A stretch of DNA of 64,000 nucleotides, taken from positions 45,253 to 109,252 of the forward strand of contig CAMUAR010000002.1 of NCBI GenBank assembly GCA_947086895.1, in the 5' to 3' direction. Source of the DNA: an uncultured Lachnospiraceae bacterium (lineage in GTDB: Bacteria; Bacillota; Clostridia; Lachnospirales; Lachnospiraceae). A model generated the notes under the pieces. That model was not told where the DNA came from and ran no database searches. It saw only the letters and a program-made list of their open reading frames with translations. Numbering within the stretch: the first letter of the stretch is position 1; each line of letters begins with the position of its first letter. Positions 63,688-64,000 of the stretch are shown in pieces. Both the position numbers and the translations under genes were made by a program.

Positions 63688-64000
63688 TTATGCTTTTACC
63701 TTTTTCTTCTTCAGTCTTGGAATTAAAAATTTTTTTGCTTCCTGGAAAAGTTTTGTTCGATGTAAAAGAAGAATCCATAAAATATTTGGTATTATCACAC
63801 ATAAAACTAATTTAACTGCCAAGTTTCTCCACCCGGAACTTCCTGTTGTTATGGGAATATTTGCAAAAAGAGGAGCAGAACTTATCACAGTAACCACCAT
63901 TACTCCAAAAAACAACATAAGTTGTGTTATATACTCTCTAAGACCTTTTCTAAAATACTCTTTAAATACTATCCACGTCGCCCATGGAGTTAAAATAAAT
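63688..64000 (-). CDS. Polytopic membrane protein, probably the C-terminus of a Wzx-type oligosaccharide flippase; N-terminus lies beyond the window
   Basis: Hydrophobic C-terminal segment ending in a basic tail (...IPRLKKKKVKA). The frame stays open to the window edge. Sits in a glycan-cluster context. Confidence 0.5.
   Translation of the reverse strand, partial: FILTPWATWIVFKEYFRKGLREYITQLMLFFGVMVVTVISSAPLFANIPITTGSSGWRNLAVKLVLCVIIPNILWILLLHRTKLFQEAKKFLIPRLKKKKVKA

Noticed and set aside
58609-64000. Mobile-element borders (integrase, IS, tRNA target, direct repeats) for the AT-rich glycan island
   Set aside because: None is visible inside the window. The left border is just a terminator and the feo promoter, and the right border lies outside the window.

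Overview
The gene content looks like a chromosomal segment from an anaerobic, endospore-forming Firmicute of the Clostridia. That taxonomic call is an inference, since no database search was possible. About 53 protein genes are supportable, mostly on the minus strand. I saw no rRNA, tRNA, CRISPR array, transposase or integrase.

Left to right, the window contains:
- An Opp/Dpp-type ABC permease (cut by the window edge) plus a very large family-5 binding lipoprotein.
- A complete spoIIIAA-AH operon.
- aroE, then a six-module PepSY lipoprotein.
- An AraC / ThuA / Gfo-Idh-MocA sugar cluster, then DUF1292.
- A trimeric HydABC-type (NuoE/NuoF-like plus [FeFe] catalytic subunit) hydrogenase operon.
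- A MacB/FtsX-type ABC operon that includes a 965-aa seven-module beta-sandwich surface protein.
- An AI-2E transporter and a cytidylate-kinase-like protein.
- A 554-aa orphan followed by a MoxR / DUF58 / transglutaminase triad (the B. subtilis yeaC-yeaD-yebA arrangement).
- A tandem-Nudix protein, thyX, and an nrdD carrying a C-terminal redoxin fusion.
- hflX, a TPR lipoprotein, a GH31 hydrolase and an HtrA protease.
- A C_GCAxxG_C_C / degenerate-GGDEF / EAL protein, DUF2974, YitT, a DtxR/MntR-type repressor and a CarD-like protein.
- A feo locus with two feoA genes, feoB and two Cys-rich accessory genes.
- An AT-rich glycan-biosynthesis island that runs off the right edge.

My top hunt candidates are:
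1. Two G9 homopolymer tracts in adjacent sugar-modification genes of the glycan island. One tract is in frame. The other splits an FdtA-like ketoisomerase. Together they suggest a slipped-strand phase-variable glycan switch.
2. NrdD tethered to a CxxC thioredoxin-fold domain through an 81-bp tandem-repeat linker, with no nrdG nearby.
3. A structured intergenic repeat family present at two loci, each next to a terminator.
4. The uncharacterised ABC-ATPase / giant beta-sandwich protein / small membrane protein / FtsX operon.
5. The feo locus, with palindromes overlapping its promoters and a small Cys-rich gene missing from the ORF track.

All family assignments come from motifs I could read in the translations. 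None is confirmed by a search.
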